In this document: positions 63,098 to 64,000 of the stretch, in pieces
How positions within the stretch are numbered: the first letter of the stretch is position 1
Layout: each line of letters opens with the position of its first letter
Origin: Callorhinchus milii
Lineage: Eukaryota
Length of the DNA stretch: 64,000 nt
Reading direction: 5' to 3'
Assembly: GCF_018977255.1 (NCBI RefSeq)
Contig: NW_024704756.1
Span: 13,702,001-13,766,000, forward strand
Translations under genes and position numbers: made by a program
The notes under the pieces: model-generated
The model's input: only the letters and a program-made list of their open reading frames with translations
Databases searched by the model: none
What the model was told of the DNA's origin: nothing

Positions 63098-63314
63098 TGT
63101 TTGATTGCAGTTACTCAGAGTGCATCTTGTTGTGGTACAAACCACCTGAGCCCTCTGACGAGCAGCCACTTCATCAAATCCTGCTGAGGGAATTTGACAA
63201 CGCAGTCGAACATGCGATCGCCAAAGTCCGGAATCTGGATACCATCAGGGTAGGACGAGGATTGATCCAAATTCTCACTGATCATTTGCAAGCCATCAAG
63301 AAGGAAGAACAAAG
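63098..63314 (+). CDS. SNX25-like gene, exon 3 (PXA domain)
   Basis: ctcctag| VFDCSYSECILLWYKPPEPSDEQPLHQILLREF...LIQILTDHL AG|GTAAAA, compared with SNX25 ALKEVFDYSYRDYILSWY..L...LLEDF. Confidence 0.8.
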
Positions 63315-63489
63315 GTAAAATATAATGTCATCAAGTCTTTAGGAAGCGCTAGAACCAGTTGTAGTGGATTCATCTTCCTGAGGAGAATATAGGGCAAAGC
63401 AAGTTGCATTATCATTAAAACTAGACATACTCCTTACCAACGTCTCTAGATCCACAATCCAAATCTACAGCTGATATAGAACTCTGCCA

Positions 63490-63820
63490 CCCTCATCCTT
63501 ACCCAATTCCACCCTTTGCAATGCTCATCACTCCAGTCCTAACCAGGCTCTCACCATTTTTCAATAAATTGACATCAGTGTCCTCCCCTATATCACGTCC
63601 TCCCAAAGTGAAAGGCATTACTGTGCAATTTTGTTGTTGTTGTCTTCTGCTCAGCCCTCTCCACTCAGCTAACCTGGCCCTCCATGTCACCAGCAGTGGC
63701 CGTGCCTTCACATCTACACCCCTAGTCTCTGGAACTCCTCCCTCTAACCCTCCATCTCACCACTTCTTTATCAGACTTTAAATTCCACCTAAAACCTACT
63801 TCTTCCACAACACCTACATC
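63490..63820 (+). mobile_element. Old L2 fragment with an inserted inverted L2/SINE tail
   Basis: GTGGCCGTGCCTTCA...CTCTGGAACTCCT...CCACCTAAAACCTACTTCTT resembles the L2 ORF2 end. Confidence 0.55.
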
Positions 63821-63887
63821 TGTAAACTATTACTTTTGGAAGAAGCACCTTTGGATTCATTCTGGAACTTGTGATTATGTATCGTAG

Positions 63888-64000
63888 AGAGATGGTTTTC
63901 CAGAATCGACAGGAGGAATTGACTCTTCTAAGGAAATGCTGCAAAACCCTGGTTTGTAATCTCCTGCCAGACTCCGTGTGGATGGTGAACTGTTACCAGC
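63888..64000 (+). CDS. SNX25-like gene, exon 4 (runs off the window)
   Basis: tcgtag|A, phase 2 consistent. EMVFQNRQEELTLLRKCCKTLVCNLLPDSVW resembles the PXA E..FL..C...LV..LLP motif. Confidence 0.75.

Overview
Eukaryotic (vertebrate) genomic DNA, most likely a cartilaginous fish and probably a chimaera, judging from the tRNA-derived SINE / L2 / CR1 repeat complement and gene content. It contains several N gaps. Gene order: PGRMC1 (+, 3 exons), AKAP17B (-, 4 coding exons, with two apparent 1-nt frameshifts), SLC25A43 (+, 5 exons), SLC25A5/ANT2 (+, 4 exons), then a ~13 kb interval with no intact ORF that I read as a heavily decayed multi-exon GREB1-family gene (-), and finally the first four exons of a divergent SNX25-like PXA-domain sorting nexin (+). 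The first four genes match the human Xq24 block. The last two do not match that block, but the ANT-to-SNX25-like arrangement mirrors the SLC25A4...SNX25 paralogon. Other notable signals are three perfect ERR response elements around SLC25A5, a near-perfect 67-bp palindrome, and G/C-skewed minisatellites next to CpG-island promoters. All protein homologies come from my recollection of family sequences, not from a database search.
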